DNA of 63,845 nt, the filler included, from Octopus bimaculoides (lineage: Eukaryota): assembly GCF_001194135.2 (NCBI RefSeq). It is 7 parts of 7 records of this genome, joined end to end, with 100 filler letters (N's around TTAATTAATTAA, not from the genome) between each part and the next. Parts side by side here need not be neighbours in the genome. Positions count along the whole stretch, not along the records: positions 45,703 to 55,049 come from NC_069000.1; positions 55,150 to 58,631 come from NC_069006.1; positions 58,732 to 62,693 come from NC_069002.1; 4 more parts are not named here. The stretch is one strand, 5' to 3'. Each line of letters begins with the position of its first letter. The stretch's first letter is position 1. A model generated the notes under the pieces. It was not told the DNA's origin. It was given only the letters and a program-made list of their open reading frames with translations, and did no database searches. A program made the position numbers and the translations under genes. This document shows positions 49,531-61,297 of the stretch, piece after piece.

Positions 49531-49798
49531 AAGAGGAGAGGTTAAAACTGCCAGTTGGATGTTCAGTGGTATTTCTTGAGGCACTCTGCCTTTTGAGTTC
49601 AAATCACGCCAATGCCTACTCAGGTTGTAAACTTAATCTGTTGTTCAGTTTAGCACCACCCCTTTGGTACCTGGGGTGCCCTTATGTGGAAGAGTCCATC
49701 GTGTTGAAGGCACGCAGGCGAGGTCTTTGGTCTGAGGATACATACCTTCCACTTTTCCACCATTTCACTTTTCAACGAGAGTCTGTAAAGAGCCATAG

Positions 49799-50300
49799 GT
49801 ACACCCCGTTGTAACGGGGTGCACGACCATGCCACTCAAGCTTTCGTCTTTTTACCTGCGCAAGGTGTGTTGACTTGCTGCCTGTACTAAAATCAAACAG
49901 ATCTCTGACCAAATGTGTTCCATATACAAGCGAACCCCATGTTTGCTTTGATCAAAAGGAATCGTCACCAAAGACGTTCCAACCGTGACTACACCCGACG
50001 TTTGTGTTGATTCAGTTAATCTATGAACAAAAGTGTTTCAGTTATTTTCAGCTGCGAGAGAAACGGAAATAAGCTAGGTATTATGTCACCCGGTGATCGT
50101 ACACGGGGTGACATAATACCGCAGAGTACATTATTAGATGGAGTTACACAATAAAGACAAAATTGCGATTCTCTGAGATAATAGTTGTTATTAAGGACGT
50201 ATTTCCGCCTGTGTTGGTTACGTCGCTCTTCGACTAAACTGTGTGGTTAGTTCTTCACGCAACACTGAACAAGGAATAATCCGAACGCAGACACGATGTT
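49799..50300. promoter_or_regulatory. CpG-retaining region with two related palindromes and ETS-like motifs; candidate promoter of the ABCA gene
   Basis: caccccgtt-gt-aacggggtg (49802-49821); ggtattatgtcaccc..gggtgacataatacc (50077-50120); acggaaat at about 50063; about 1.1 kb upstream of the first coding exon. Confidence 0.4.
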
Positions 50301-50370
50301 TGCGACATTCCTTTCTTTCTGTCTGCCTGACTGACTGACTGACTGTCTGTCTGTCTGTCTCTCTTCCTTC

Positions 50371-50417
<47 letters not shown>

Positions 50418-51050
50418 NNNNNNNNNNNNNNNNNNNNNNNNNNNNNNNNNNNNNNNNNNNNNNNNNNNNNNNNNNNNNNNNNNNNNNNNNNNNNNNNNNN
50501 NNNNNNNNNNNNNNNNNNNNNNNNNNNNNNNNNNNNNNNNNNNNNNNNNNNNNNNNNNNNNNNNNNNNNNNNNNNNNNNNNNNNNNNNNNNNNNNNNNNN
50601 NNNNNNNNNNNNNNNNNNNNNNNNNNNNNNNNNNNNNNNNNNNNNNNNNNNNNNNNNNNNNNNNNNNNNNNNNNNNNNNNNNNNNNNNNNNNNNNNNNNN
50701 NNNNNNNNNNNNNNNNNNNNNNNNNNNNNNNNNNNNNNNNNNNNNNNNNNNNNNNNNNNNNNNNNNNNNNNNNNNNNNNNNNNNNNNNNNNNNNNNNNNN
50801 NNNNNNNNNNNNNNNNNNNNNNNNNNNNNNNNNNNNNNNNNNNNNNNNNNNNNNNNNNNNNNNNNNNNNNNNNNNNNNNNNNNNNNNNNNNNNNNNNNNN
50901 NNNNNNNNNNNNNNNNNNNNNNNNNNNNNNNNNNNNNNNNNNNNNNNNNNNNNNNNNNNNNNNNNNNNNNNNNNNNNNNNNNNNNNNNNNNNNNNNNNNN
51001 NNNNNNNNNNNNNNNNNNNNNNNNNNNNNNNNNNNNNNNNNNNNNNNNNN

Positions 51051-51105
<55 letters not shown>

Positions 51106-51411
51106 GCACGTACACATATACATCCCGGCGTAACACTACCGTCCAGAATCTCGGATGTTGTCACACATCGCTGGTCACAATCCACTTTGCACTGTTTTAC
51201 CTCTCGAACGACTCCACCCTGTTAGCCAAGTCGAGCAGTCCGACTTTCTTTCAGTCCAATGACATTTTTTGTGTACACGAACGTGTGAAATGCAATGTAC
51301 GCGTCTTTCTTTTGATCCTCACTGCTTATCAAGCTTTCGATTAATCTCACACTAACACACCTGTACACACCTGTACATGTAATAATAAAGATTTCTTTGT
51401 CTTTGTAGAAG

Positions 51412-51498
51412 ATGGCTAATTTGTTTATGACACAGCTTCGGATGTTGATAAAAAGAAATTTCTATATAAGAATTCGTGAAAAGAAAATGCTTATTATG
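51412..51498 (+). CDS. ABCA-family transporter, first coding exon (MANLFMTQLRMLIKRNFYIRIREKKMLIM)
   Basis: Acceptor ctttgtag| at 51408, ATG 51412, phase-0 donor |gtaaga at 51499; QL..L..+NF...+R is the typical ABCA N-terminal motif. Not in the ORF track. Confidence 0.8.
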
Positions 51499-51561
51499 GT
51501 AAGAATACTGTTATTTTGAGGCTACACCGCACCACACACGTTTTTTTTTTAAGTGGAAGGT

Positions 51562-51652
51562 ATGGAGGCTGGAGGGTATATCAGCCGAAACAAACAAGAT
51601 GAAGACAAATATCCGTCAAATGTAAATAATGTAAATAATGTAAATAATGTAC
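51562..51652 (+). mobile_element. Solo fragment of the PLE family 1 hammerhead/3' tail in ABCA intron 1
   Basis: ggaggctggagggtatatcagccgaaac-aaacaagatgaagacaaatatccgtcaaatgtaaataatgta matches 3060-3137. Confidence 0.8.
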
Positions 51653-51759
51653 GCTCTGTTTTTCTTTTTAATTTTTGCAGAATTTATTCGTTGCCGTTTG
51701 CAAGATGAGGTTTGGTCTAACATGCCTCTGTTTTTATTATCGTTTTTCTCTCATTAAAG

Positions 51760-52126
51760 GATATTATCTCTCCTGTCATTTACATGGTGGCTCTAATTGC
51801 TATCATGAAATTGGTTCGGCCGAAAGTTCTTCCGGCGATGCCAATTTCAAAACCAGCTCCAGTCACACCGGCAGAATTCGAGAATATTCTATACACGCCA
51901 AACACGAATGAAACAAGAACTATCATAGAAAGCCTTAACCAGACAATTGGGAAGAATACAAGTTATACTCCCGCGGATAACATCGATGATATGGTGCAGA
52001 AATATAAAGAGCTACAAGGCAAAACAGTGGGAGTAGTGTTTGATAACCTCAACAGCAGTACCAAAGTTACGTATTCTCTCCGCTTTCCCGATAGCATGGT
52101 CCCAGATAAAACGACTGGTGTATTTG
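51760..52126 (+). CDS. ABCA-family transporter (ABCA5-like), second coding exon: TM1 and start of extracellular domain 1; gene continues but later exons were not found
   Basis: Acceptor tttttctctcattaaag|; DIISPVIYMVALIAIMK..ILYTPNTNET..VGVVFD..VTYSLRFP; phase-1 donor |gtgagt at 52127. Resembles ABCA5 EILFP..LGYTP..VGVVF..SYELRF. Confidence 0.85.
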
Positions 52127-52215
52127 GTGAGTACTGAAAATTTGTTTTACAAACTCGTATTTGCACTTACACAGATATATATATGCTGTTAAATATATTT
52201 TTCAGATACATTAAT

Positions 52216-52425
52216 ATTGGGTTGGTGCCTAATTATCGCGGCTTTTTTTTTTCAACAAATTTTATTCAACATAAACAATAACAATATTTAACAAAAACAT
52301 CTTTAAATGACGGTCCGACCGTCTGCCAAGCAAATGGGAAGCAGGGATTGAAGTGGATGGTGAATTGAAATAGATTGTGAATCATTTAAAGATGTTTTTG
52401 TTGAATAAAATTTGTTGAATAACCT
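52216..52425. mobile_element. Mariner-type MITE-like element with internal inverted repeats
   Basis: Begins tattgggttggtgcctaattat; ttcaacaaattttattcaac pairs with gttgaataaaatttgttgaa; aacaaaaacatctttaaatga pairs with tcatttaaagatgtttttgtt. Confidence 0.55.
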
Positions 52426-52877
52426 TAATGTTTTGGTGGATGAGGCTTGCTCTCTGCCGAATCTTTTTCGTAGTAGCTACATGTTTTTCTATTTCCAGAA
52501 TGCCATCTTGTGCAGAGCTTTTTATTAAAAAGCTTAATGTCGTCGATATAACGCGAGAACATTATTAGGGATATGGATTTTTGTGTTACGCAATATTTCA
52601 GTTGTTCATTCTACCATGTCATGAAGCGGTTGACTTACATTTCCAGCAAGACTAACATCAACCACTGCACATTTCTCTGGGTTTTATAATTTATTATTAA
52701 CTTGAAATATATATGCGTACGTCTGCGCGGATGTATATCATGCGACCACGTGATTTCGGATTCAATACCACTGTACAGTGCCGTTAGCATTTCGGGCAAG
52801 TGTCTTCTATTATAGCGTCGGGTTTACAAATGCTTTGTGAGTGGATTTGAGAGACGCAAATAGAAAGAAGCCCGTCG

Positions 52878-52914
<37 letters not shown>

Positions 52915-52917
<3 letters not shown>

Positions 52918-53040
52918 TCAACACCAGGATTTATTTTTAAAGCCTAGTACTCATTCTATTGGTTTCTTTTGCCGAACTACTAAGTTACGGGGACGTAAAC
53001 ACACCAACACCGGTTGCCAAGCGGTGATGGGGGACAAACA
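52915..53040 (-). mobile_element. 3' module of the composite SINE, partial
   Basis: agcctagtactcattctattgg..taagttacggggacgtaaacacacc..gggggacaaacaaag. Confidence 0.75.
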
Positions 53041-53439
53041 AAGGCACGCACGCACGCACGCACGCACGCACACGCGCGCACACACACACATCACGTAATA
53101 GACCAGACTATCGGGTGTCGTTATACATCGCTGGTCACAATGCGCTTTGCCCCGTTTTAGCCAACGCGTAATACCACCCCGTGTGTGCGTGCGGACGTTG
53201 AGTCGCATACTACAACATGACAACTGCTGTTGGTTTGTTTACGTTTCCGTACCTTGGCGGTTTGGAAAAGGAGACGATACAATAGATACGAGACTTAAAG
53301 AGAAAGTAAGAAACGGTGTCCATTTGTTCCACTGAAGCCTTCAAGGCGATGCCCCAGCATGGCCGCAGATTAATGAGTAAAACAGGTGAAAGACAAAGGA
53401 TCCATTTTGTGTTGAATCTATGTTAATTCCAACACCGTG

Positions 53440-53875
53440 TACCATCGTCTTACCGAGTATGGAGGGATTAAATCCATTTCTGCCATCAATCAATGGACCT
53501 TTTCTTTACTGCCATGGCAATGGCGGACGGTCTTCCTTGCTTTGTCTTCTTGTCCAACAAGTCCTAACTGGTTGATATCAACACCGCAAAACCCTATATC
53601 ACTATCGCTGATTATTTCCACACGCTTTTCTACTGTGTAATCAATATCAGTCGGTGGCTATAGTGATATTACATCCATGCATTTATGATGCAATCTGTAG
53701 AGAGATAAGGATAGTTGCAAATATCGATTTTGCGGGGAAGGTGTTGAGTGCTGTCACAGTTATCAGGCGACATTTCTGCTAGCAAGTGTATGATCAGTGA
53801 GAGAAGCGTCGGCATGATGGACATTGTTGTGCCTTGAAAGTAAAGAAGATTTGCCAACGTTGTCATGTTGGCAAA
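53440..53875 (+). mobile_element. Possible piggyBac-like transposase C-terminal remnant
   Basis: Hand translation RRHFC*..EKRRHDGHCCALKVKKICQRCHVG resembles the Cys-rich piggyBac tail; weak. Confidence 0.3.
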
Positions 53876-54777
53876 AACCTTTACTTATATATAAATATAT
53901 ATATATATATCTATTTNNNNNNNNNNNNNNNNNNNNNNNNNNNNNNNNNNNNNNNNNNNNNNNNNNNNNNNNNNNNNNNNNNNNNNNNNNNNNNNNNNNN
54001 NNNNNNNNNNNNNNNNNNNNNNNNNNNNNNNNNNNNNNNNNNNNNNNNNNNNNNNNNNNNNNNNNNNNNNNNNNNNNNNNNNNNNNNNNNNNNNNNNNNN
54101 NNNNNNNNNNNNNNNNNNNNNNNNNNNNNNNNNNNNNNNNNNNNNNNNNNNNNNNNNNNNNNNNNNNNNNNNNNNNNNNNNNNNNNNNNNNNNNNNNNNN
54201 NNNNNNNNNNNNNNNNNNNNNNNNNNNNNNNNNNNNNNNNNNNNNNNNNNNNNNNNNNNNNNNNNNNNNNNNNNNNNNNNNNNNNNNNNNNNNNNNNNNN
54301 NNNNNNNNNNNNNNNNNNNNNNNNNNNNNNNNNNNNNNNNNNNNNNNNNNNNNNNNNNNNNNNNNNNNNNNNNNNNNTGTAATTGGCTATAGAAATGCTT
54401 GTGCAAAACAACTTTTTGCGCTGCCCTGATTATACATAGCAGGGTAATCCCTTTTCACAGGAGCTAGGATGGCAATTTGTGATGAAGCAATTGCTGGCGA
54501 TCTGTTGCTAAACAGTTTTGCCAGAATTCTATCAGATTTGGCAGAAGGTGTTGATGCACCATTTTGCATTATGTTCAAAGTAGCTACTGGAATGTGGTGA
54601 ATTGCTGCAGTCTGTGGCTGTCATTTTAAACCGGTTGCTGTCTTTCCCCAGCAAACTCTCTTCTTTGGAGGCATAATCTATGTATATATTAAACAGAACA
54701 ACAAAAGTTATAATAGATGGCAGGGTCGGTACTTTTCACATATCTGTAACTTTTCAGATTAACACCCGCACGATTAC

Positions 54778-54915
54778 CCAACCCTAATCCTAAACCTGAT
54801 CCTAACACTAACCCTAACACTAACCCTAAACCCTAACCTGACCCTAAAAAACGTAACCGTAACATTAATCCTAAACCCTAACCCTGACCCTAAAACCCTA
54901 ACCCTAACACCCTAG
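54778..54915 (+). repeat. Degenerate (CCCTAA)n telomere-like array, interstitial
   Basis: accctaatcctaaacctgatcctaacactaaccctaacactaaccctaaaccctaacc..ccctaaccctaacaccctag. Confidence 0.8.
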
Positions 54916-55389
54916 TGAAAATCGTGGTAAATTTACAAAACATTGACGAACATGAGTTATATTTTACTGAATGATTGTGTACTTGCACGTGTATGCTTTT
55001 GAGAGAGCGAGAGAGGAAGAGGTAGAGAGGAGGAGAGAAAGGAATAGGGNNNNNNNNNNNNNNNNNNNNNNNNNNNNNNNNNNNNNNNNNNNNTTAATTA
55101 ATTAANNNNNNNNNNNNNNNNNNNNNNNNNNNNNNNNNNNNNNNNNNNNGTACCTGTGTTCTTTGCCTGTGAGGAACCTCGCAGAACCTCCTCTCCATCT
55201 TACTTCCTGGATGCAGCACATATCTACGCGTCTCCGTTCAAGCATCTCAACAATTTCACCAGATCTACCTTTCAGCGTGCCGATGTTGAGAGTGCCAATC
55301 CTAACAGTATGGGTGTTGGGGGTGTGGGCCTGTAGCCTGGGAAGGGGAAAAGCAGTGTCGTGTACCTGAAAAGAAAACTTGCAATGAAT

Positions 55390-56756
55390 GAATATCCTTC
55401 CATAAATAATGTGGCTTTTTTTATACTTCTTTCATTTTCCAAAATTAAGATAAAGTTCTTTTTTAATCTAAAATATGCTCTCCTTAATTTTCTACAATGC
55501 TCTTCCACCTATCTGGTAGACTTTCAAGGCCCCTCTTCCAAAAGTTTCTTGTCCATGACAAAAAATACTCCTCCAATATTGTTCTGACCTTGTCTACAAA
55601 GTTCATATTTTTTCCCATCCAAATGATTTTGAAGACTGCAGAATGAATGATAATTAGTTGGAGCAATGTCCAGTAAATATGGTAGGTGGGGCATCGTTTC
55701 CCATTCAAACCGTTCCAGCCTTTGGAATGTCATCTTTGCTGTGTGTGTGGCTGAGCATTATCCTGATGCAAGAACACCTTTCATCTTGAAACCAAAGATG
55801 GTTGTTTTTCTTCTAGCGCTGACTTAAGCTGCTCAAAGTAGATCTCCTTTGTTATCGTTTGGTTTGGGTTTAAAAGTTCAAAGTGGACTAAACCTTTCAT
55901 ATCTCACCAAAGAGATAACAACACCTTATATGGGTGAAGACCTTCTTTAGCCTGGGGTGCCAGTGTTTCTCCTTTCCCTACCCACTGTCTTCGGCAGTTG
56001 ACATTTTTATAGAGAACTCATTTCTCGTCAGCAGTCACCATTCAGTCCAAGAAATGTTCATTCGTGAGACATGACAGCAAAGAAGAGCACACATTCATTC
56101 TCTTTGTGCGATTAGATTCAGAAAGTTTGTGAGAAACCCACTGACCCAATTTGCTGACTTTTCCAATGGCACACAGGTGTCAATGAATGGTTGAATGACC
56201 AAATCCAAGCTTCCCTGCTAGTTCCTCAACAGTTACAATGGGATTTTGTTCCACCAGGGTTTGCAGAACATTCTCATTGAGCTCTACAGATCTTCCAGGA
56301 TGAGGCTCGTCTTCTTGGTTGTAGTTTCTGGCTCAGAATTTCTGGAACCACCGTTGACACTGGCTTATGCATATTGTCTAATCCCCATATACTGCATTAA
56401 TATTCCTTGCACTTTCCGTTACGTTGTTGCTTTTATTGAACTCATAAAGCAAAATATGCCGAATATGCTCCTTCGTCACTTCCATTATAGGTTTGAAAAC
56501 ATAACTGTTAAAATTGAACTGCACTCTTCGAAACTTGCACTAAGAATAAGGACATGGTAAAATTACTACCTGGTTTTATAGCAAGTTGATGCAGGTAATT
56601 TATCCCATCCCCCTCCGACTTTTAGTTCATGCAATTGAAAAAAACCACATTANNNNNNNNNNTAGCAAGTTGATGCAGGTAATTTATCCCATCCCCCTCC
56701 GACTTTTAGTTCATGCAATTGAAAAAAACCACATTATTTATGGAATGACCCAATAT
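55390..56756 (-). mobile_element. Mariner transposon, near full length, degenerate
   Basis: MEVTKEHIRHILLYEF, WFQKF..EDEPHPGR, LHQDNAQPH, MPHLPYLLDIAPTNYHSFCSLQNHL, GLESLPDRW; TIR core ttccataaataatgtgg at 55398-55414 and inverted at about 56729-56745. Confidence 0.88.
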
Positions 56757-56768
56757 ACATGGGTTGGG

Positions 56769-56980
56769 GTGGGGTTCTGAAAAGTTCCTGGCTTTGGGTA
56801 AAAGAAAATACAGGAAGATCAGTTAATTATGATTTTATTCAACATATTCCTCTTCCAGATTCACTCACTTGTTGCAGAAGTCATTCAGTTTTTCTAAGCT
56901 CTGTCAAAGAACTTGTTCTGTTGGATACTCAACCAAGCCTTTCACAATACCTCTAAAGCCATGAACTTTTCAGCACCCCT
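56769..56980. mobile_element. MITE (about 210 bp) with about 26-bp TIRs
   Basis: ggggttctgaaaagttcctggcttt .. aaagccatgaacttttcagcacccct. Confidence 0.75.
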
Positions 56981-57559
56981 TTGTGTGTGTAAGCAATACC
57001 TTATATTAATATTATTATAATTTTATGTTCTTAAACGAAAGAATTTTTCTCATCTCTTCATAATTGATAAAGTATATACCAGCTATATTCTGGGGCAGGC
57101 TTTCCCGACCCAGTGTCTGTATAACCTTGCAGGGGCTCACAAACATAGTACTAGGAACCTTGTGGCTGAGTTCTAGATTTGTTGAGTGTTACAAATATTT
57201 TTGAAAAGCATTGGGAATTTTGGTAATGGAGAGTTTGGAAGCCAACATCCTGGAGGTTAGGTCTACCAACATGCTCTTGTGTCACCATTGTGAAGAATCT
57301 TTATCTATTAGTATCACTAAAATGGAATTGGTAAAGATGTCAGTGGATGGAATTGGTATGCTGTAAGACTACAGGTTTACTACATTCTTTGACTCGAACC
57401 ATGATGAGGGTGGGGTGTGAGTCTAAATTCTTCCTCCTCCTATTCCATTATTCTTCATTCCACCACCATCTTTTTACTTTTTCTTCCAATTCCAAAACCA
57501 ATTGTCAGAACAGTCTCAATGCTGCTAAACACTCAACTACAGACTGTAATTCCAGCTGC

Positions 57560-58145
57560 TCATGCACTCAGCCATCTCCTCTATGTTCTCTCTCTTTTCT
57601 TGCCGTCTTTTCTTTTATCTATCCTTTGCTGTCTGTCCTTTCCACATTTTCTTTCTGTCTGTTCTTTTCATCTTTCCTTTCTTATCTGTCTTTTCTGTTT
57701 TCTCTTTTCATCTTTCCTTTCTATCCAGTCTTTCTCATCTTTCCTGTCTGTCCTTTTTTTTTTATCCTTCCCCTCAATCCTTTCATTTTCAACTTTTCTT
57801 CCTTGTCTCTCATTCCCATGTTTACTTTCCATCACTCCTTTCCACCTGTCCTTTTTGTCTTTCCTTTCCATCATTCGTGTGTGTCCTTTTCTTATCCTTC
57901 CTCTCTACCCTTTCCCTCTCATCATTTCTTCCCCACCTATCATTCCCATGTTTCCTTTCCTTCTCATCATTTCTTCCCTCTCTGTCATTCCAATGTTTCC
58001 TTTCCTGTATGTCCTTTCCACCTGTCCTTTTTTATCTTTCCTTTCCATCATTCATGTGTGTCCTTTTCGTATCCTTCCTCTCTATCCTTTCCTTCTCGTC
58101 TTTTCTTCCCTCTCTGTCATTCCCATGTTTCCTTCTCAGCTCCCT
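57560..58145. repeat. Polypyrimidine tract with internal duplication (about 177-bp period and about 40-bp subunits)
   Basis: ccacctgtcctttt..ctttccatcattc(g/a)tgtgtgtccttttc at about 57842 and 58019. Confidence 0.75.
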
Positions 58146-58461
58146 TTCCTTTCAACTTTATCAACTTACCTCACATTGAACTCCTCTCACCGTTTGTTAG
58201 ATACTGCTGCTTTTTGCAGCCACAGTGTTCCATGTTGCTACTGCAACAACAAGAACAACAACAGTCTGATTAGGGTGTGGTAGGTTGGTCAGCTCTGCAG
58301 TGGCTTCTTATGAATAATCTTGGTTGGTGTGTGTGTGTGTGTGTGTGTGTGCGTGTGTATATATATGTATATGTTAATATGTGCATATGCATGCATGTTT
58401 ATGAATGTGTGTGGGTGTGTATATACATTTGTTTGTATACACATTTGTGTATAGTGGTACA

Positions 58462-58625
58462 TAAAAAGTATCCACTACACTCTTGGAGTGGTTGGCGTTA
58501 GGAAGGGCATCTAGCTGTAGAAACTTTGCCAGATCAGATTGGAGTCTGGTGCAGCCTTCTGGCTTGCCAGTCCTCAGTCAAACCGTCCAACCCATGCTAG
58601 CATGGAAAGCGGACATTAAATGATG
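58462..58625 (+). mobile_element. RTE-type 3'-tail repeat ending in (GAT)n
   Basis: ggttggcgttaggaagggcatctagctg..ccaacccatgctagcatggaaagcggacattaaatgatgat. Confidence 0.75.
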
Positions 58626-58731
58626 ATTATANNNNNNNNNNNNNNNNNNNNNNNNNNNNNNNNNNNNNNNNNNNNTTAATTAATTAANNNNNNNNNNNNN
58701 NNNNNNNNNNNNNNNNNNNNNNNNNNNNNNN

Positions 58732-58767
<36 letters not shown>

Positions 58768-59164
58768 AATGTATGTATATATAACAAAGTAAATGGGTGG
58801 CTTATTAGTAATTTGAAGATAAACGCAAAATTAATAGATGTCCCGAAAGTGACAGAGGGTACTGACTAGCACCATTATGGCGAGAAATAAGAGTTAAAAC
58901 AAGTCAAAAGCCACGAAAACCTATTTTAATGACTGACAAAGGGAGCTAAATTCCCAGCATATATAGTCGCTGATGATAATTAAGATGGTTTACATCAAAA
59001 TCCAAAATCGTCGATCCCACTATATACGCTGGGGACTTACCTCCCTTTTGTCAGTAATTAAGATAGTGCTTTGTAGATTTTCAGTTGCTTTAATTTTCAT
59101 TTCTAGCAAGAGTGGAGCTAGTCACTGCCGCCTATCGCGTTTCTATCCTCTATTAATATATACT

Positions 59165-59376
59165 CTCTCTACTCTCTTTTACATGTTTCAGTCATTTGAC
59201 TGCGGCTATGCTGGAGCACCGCATTTTAGTCGAGCAGATCGAACCCAGGACTTCTTTGGAAGCCTAGTACTTATTCTATCGACCTCTTTTCGCCGAACAG
59301 CTAAGTTACGGGGACGTAAACACACCAGCATCGGTTGTCAAGCGATGTTGGGGGACAAACACAGACACAAACATAT

Positions 59377-59419
<43 letters not shown>

Positions 59420-59612
59420 NNNNNNNNNNNNNNNNNNNATATATATACAGATATACGACGGGCTTCTTTCAGTTTACGTCTACCAAATCAACTTACAAGT
59501 CTGTGGTCGGCCCGAGGCTATAGTTGAAGACACTTGCCCAAGGTGCTACGCAGTGGGAATGAACCCAGAACCATGTGGTTGGTAAGCAAGCCACTTACCT
59601 CACAGCCACTCC
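59165..59612 (-). mobile_element. Composite SINE, full length (head + internal (TA)n/(CA)n + 3' module)
   Basis: Same architecture as 10665-11060. Confidence 0.85.
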
Positions 59613-59893
59613 AATAATTTAGAGAAAAACCACTATTAAATAATTCAATAATGAAGAATATAATTCATTCCCTCTAGAAAATAAATACATCACAAAAACC
59701 TTATTCTAAAAACCAATAAAGTACATAAGAGAATAACTAGTAAATGGTATAAAAATGACTACGCACGTTTTGTGACTATATTTTCAAATATATAACTGAT
59801 AAAACCAATTCGATTAATAATACGATTAATAATCAAATCGATTAAATAATTAAATCTATTCAAAAATATAGTCACTCGTCAGGTCTAAAACAA

Positions 59894-60002
<109 letters not shown>

Positions 60003-60518
60003 AATGTACGTATTGTAACATTATAAATATCAAACAAATATATATAAAAAATACTTGTTTTAACAATAAATAAATAAATATTCGAAAAATATTTTACAAT
60101 ATTTCTAAAAATAAAATCATAACAATCTTATCGAAGAAATGCTGCGAATCTAAAATGTTAAACGTAATACGTAGAACTTAGCGTTCATAAGAAATATATT
60201 GCGTGAAAATAGGGCATAAATAAAAATTATGGAATAATGAGATAGATGATATAAACCGTTAATATAACATAATGTATTTTAGATGTGAGTATAATAAAAA
60301 AATTAACTGTTGTATATCATTTACTTGAAAATTCTAAAGTCTAAATAACTTAAATATAAAATACGTAAAATACATTATATATAATATAGAAAAATGTAGC
60401 TAAATTACCATGATTTAATCTATTTTCATTAATTAATTAATTTATTTATTTGATTTATTTTATAAGATCTTAGTTTAATCTTATTCTAAATATGTAACAT
60501 ATCCTTTATAATCTCGTG

Positions 60519-61297
60519 CTAATCTATACATATTCTACTACTACAAATCATAACTACAACAATTAGTAACATAAAATAGGGTTTATATAAATACATAAAG
60601 TAGCTAAACTTATTATATAAGTAATTTAACTTATGTCTGCGTTTAATGTTTCGTTCATCTAGAGAATTAACTATTTTTTTATTATCCGTTAATATCTCCT
60701 TAAATTCATTAGTACGTAATAAACAAAGAGCACTACCTATTCGATAAGATTTAGCCTTACAAACTATCTCCCAATTGAAATTGTACATAATATTTTTAGA
60801 TTTTAATTCCCATATATATTTACTAAGGCCAGTAGAATTAATTAAATTTCTATTCTTAAAAGAATTCATATGTTGAGCCACACGTAATTTAATTTTGTTA
60901 GAAGTCGACCCTTTGTAGATAGTATTTAAATTATAAACATTCATGTTATTATCATCAACCAAAATCACTACACAGTTTTATACAACTTCCAAATTACAGT
61001 TATTATTAAATTTACATTTATTTTTATCTCTACACGTACAATTAATTATGTTCTGGTCTGTATTATTATTATTATTGCAATAATCACTTGATCTGTTTTC
61101 ATAATACTTATTCAGCTTAAATTTATTAAAAGAAGAAATATTACTACCAACATTATTAGTAGTAGAGTAGCCAACTCTAAAATTATCACTAAAAAAATGT
61201 TATATTTTTTATTATCCCTAAGGAATACCTCAATTATATTTAAAATTTCTTTAATAACGCTTGTTTTAACTTGGACTCCATGACGAATAATGAACCA
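60519..61297 (-). mobile_element. Extremely AT-rich PLE C-terminal region (linker + GIY-YIG), one frameshift and one stop
   Basis: WFIIRHGVQVKTSVIKEILNII / FRVGYSTTNNV..CTCRDKNKC..VV*NCVV..IYKGST..KLRVAQHMNSF..STGLSKYIWELK..NWEIV..CLL. Confidence 0.75.

Noticed and set aside
51681-51709. Possible mini-exon (ttttgcag|..gag|gtttgg) in ABCA intron 1
   Set aside because: Weak donor; 29 nt would shift the frame, while direct splicing already gives the ABCA motif
56579-56735. Exact duplication of about 73 bp inside the mariner end
   Set aside because: Identical copies flank a 10-N gap: unmerged contig overlap
57347-58283. Overlapping 200-300-aa F/S/L/P-rich ORFs
   Set aside because: Pyrimidine-only sequence lacks stop codons; compositional artefact
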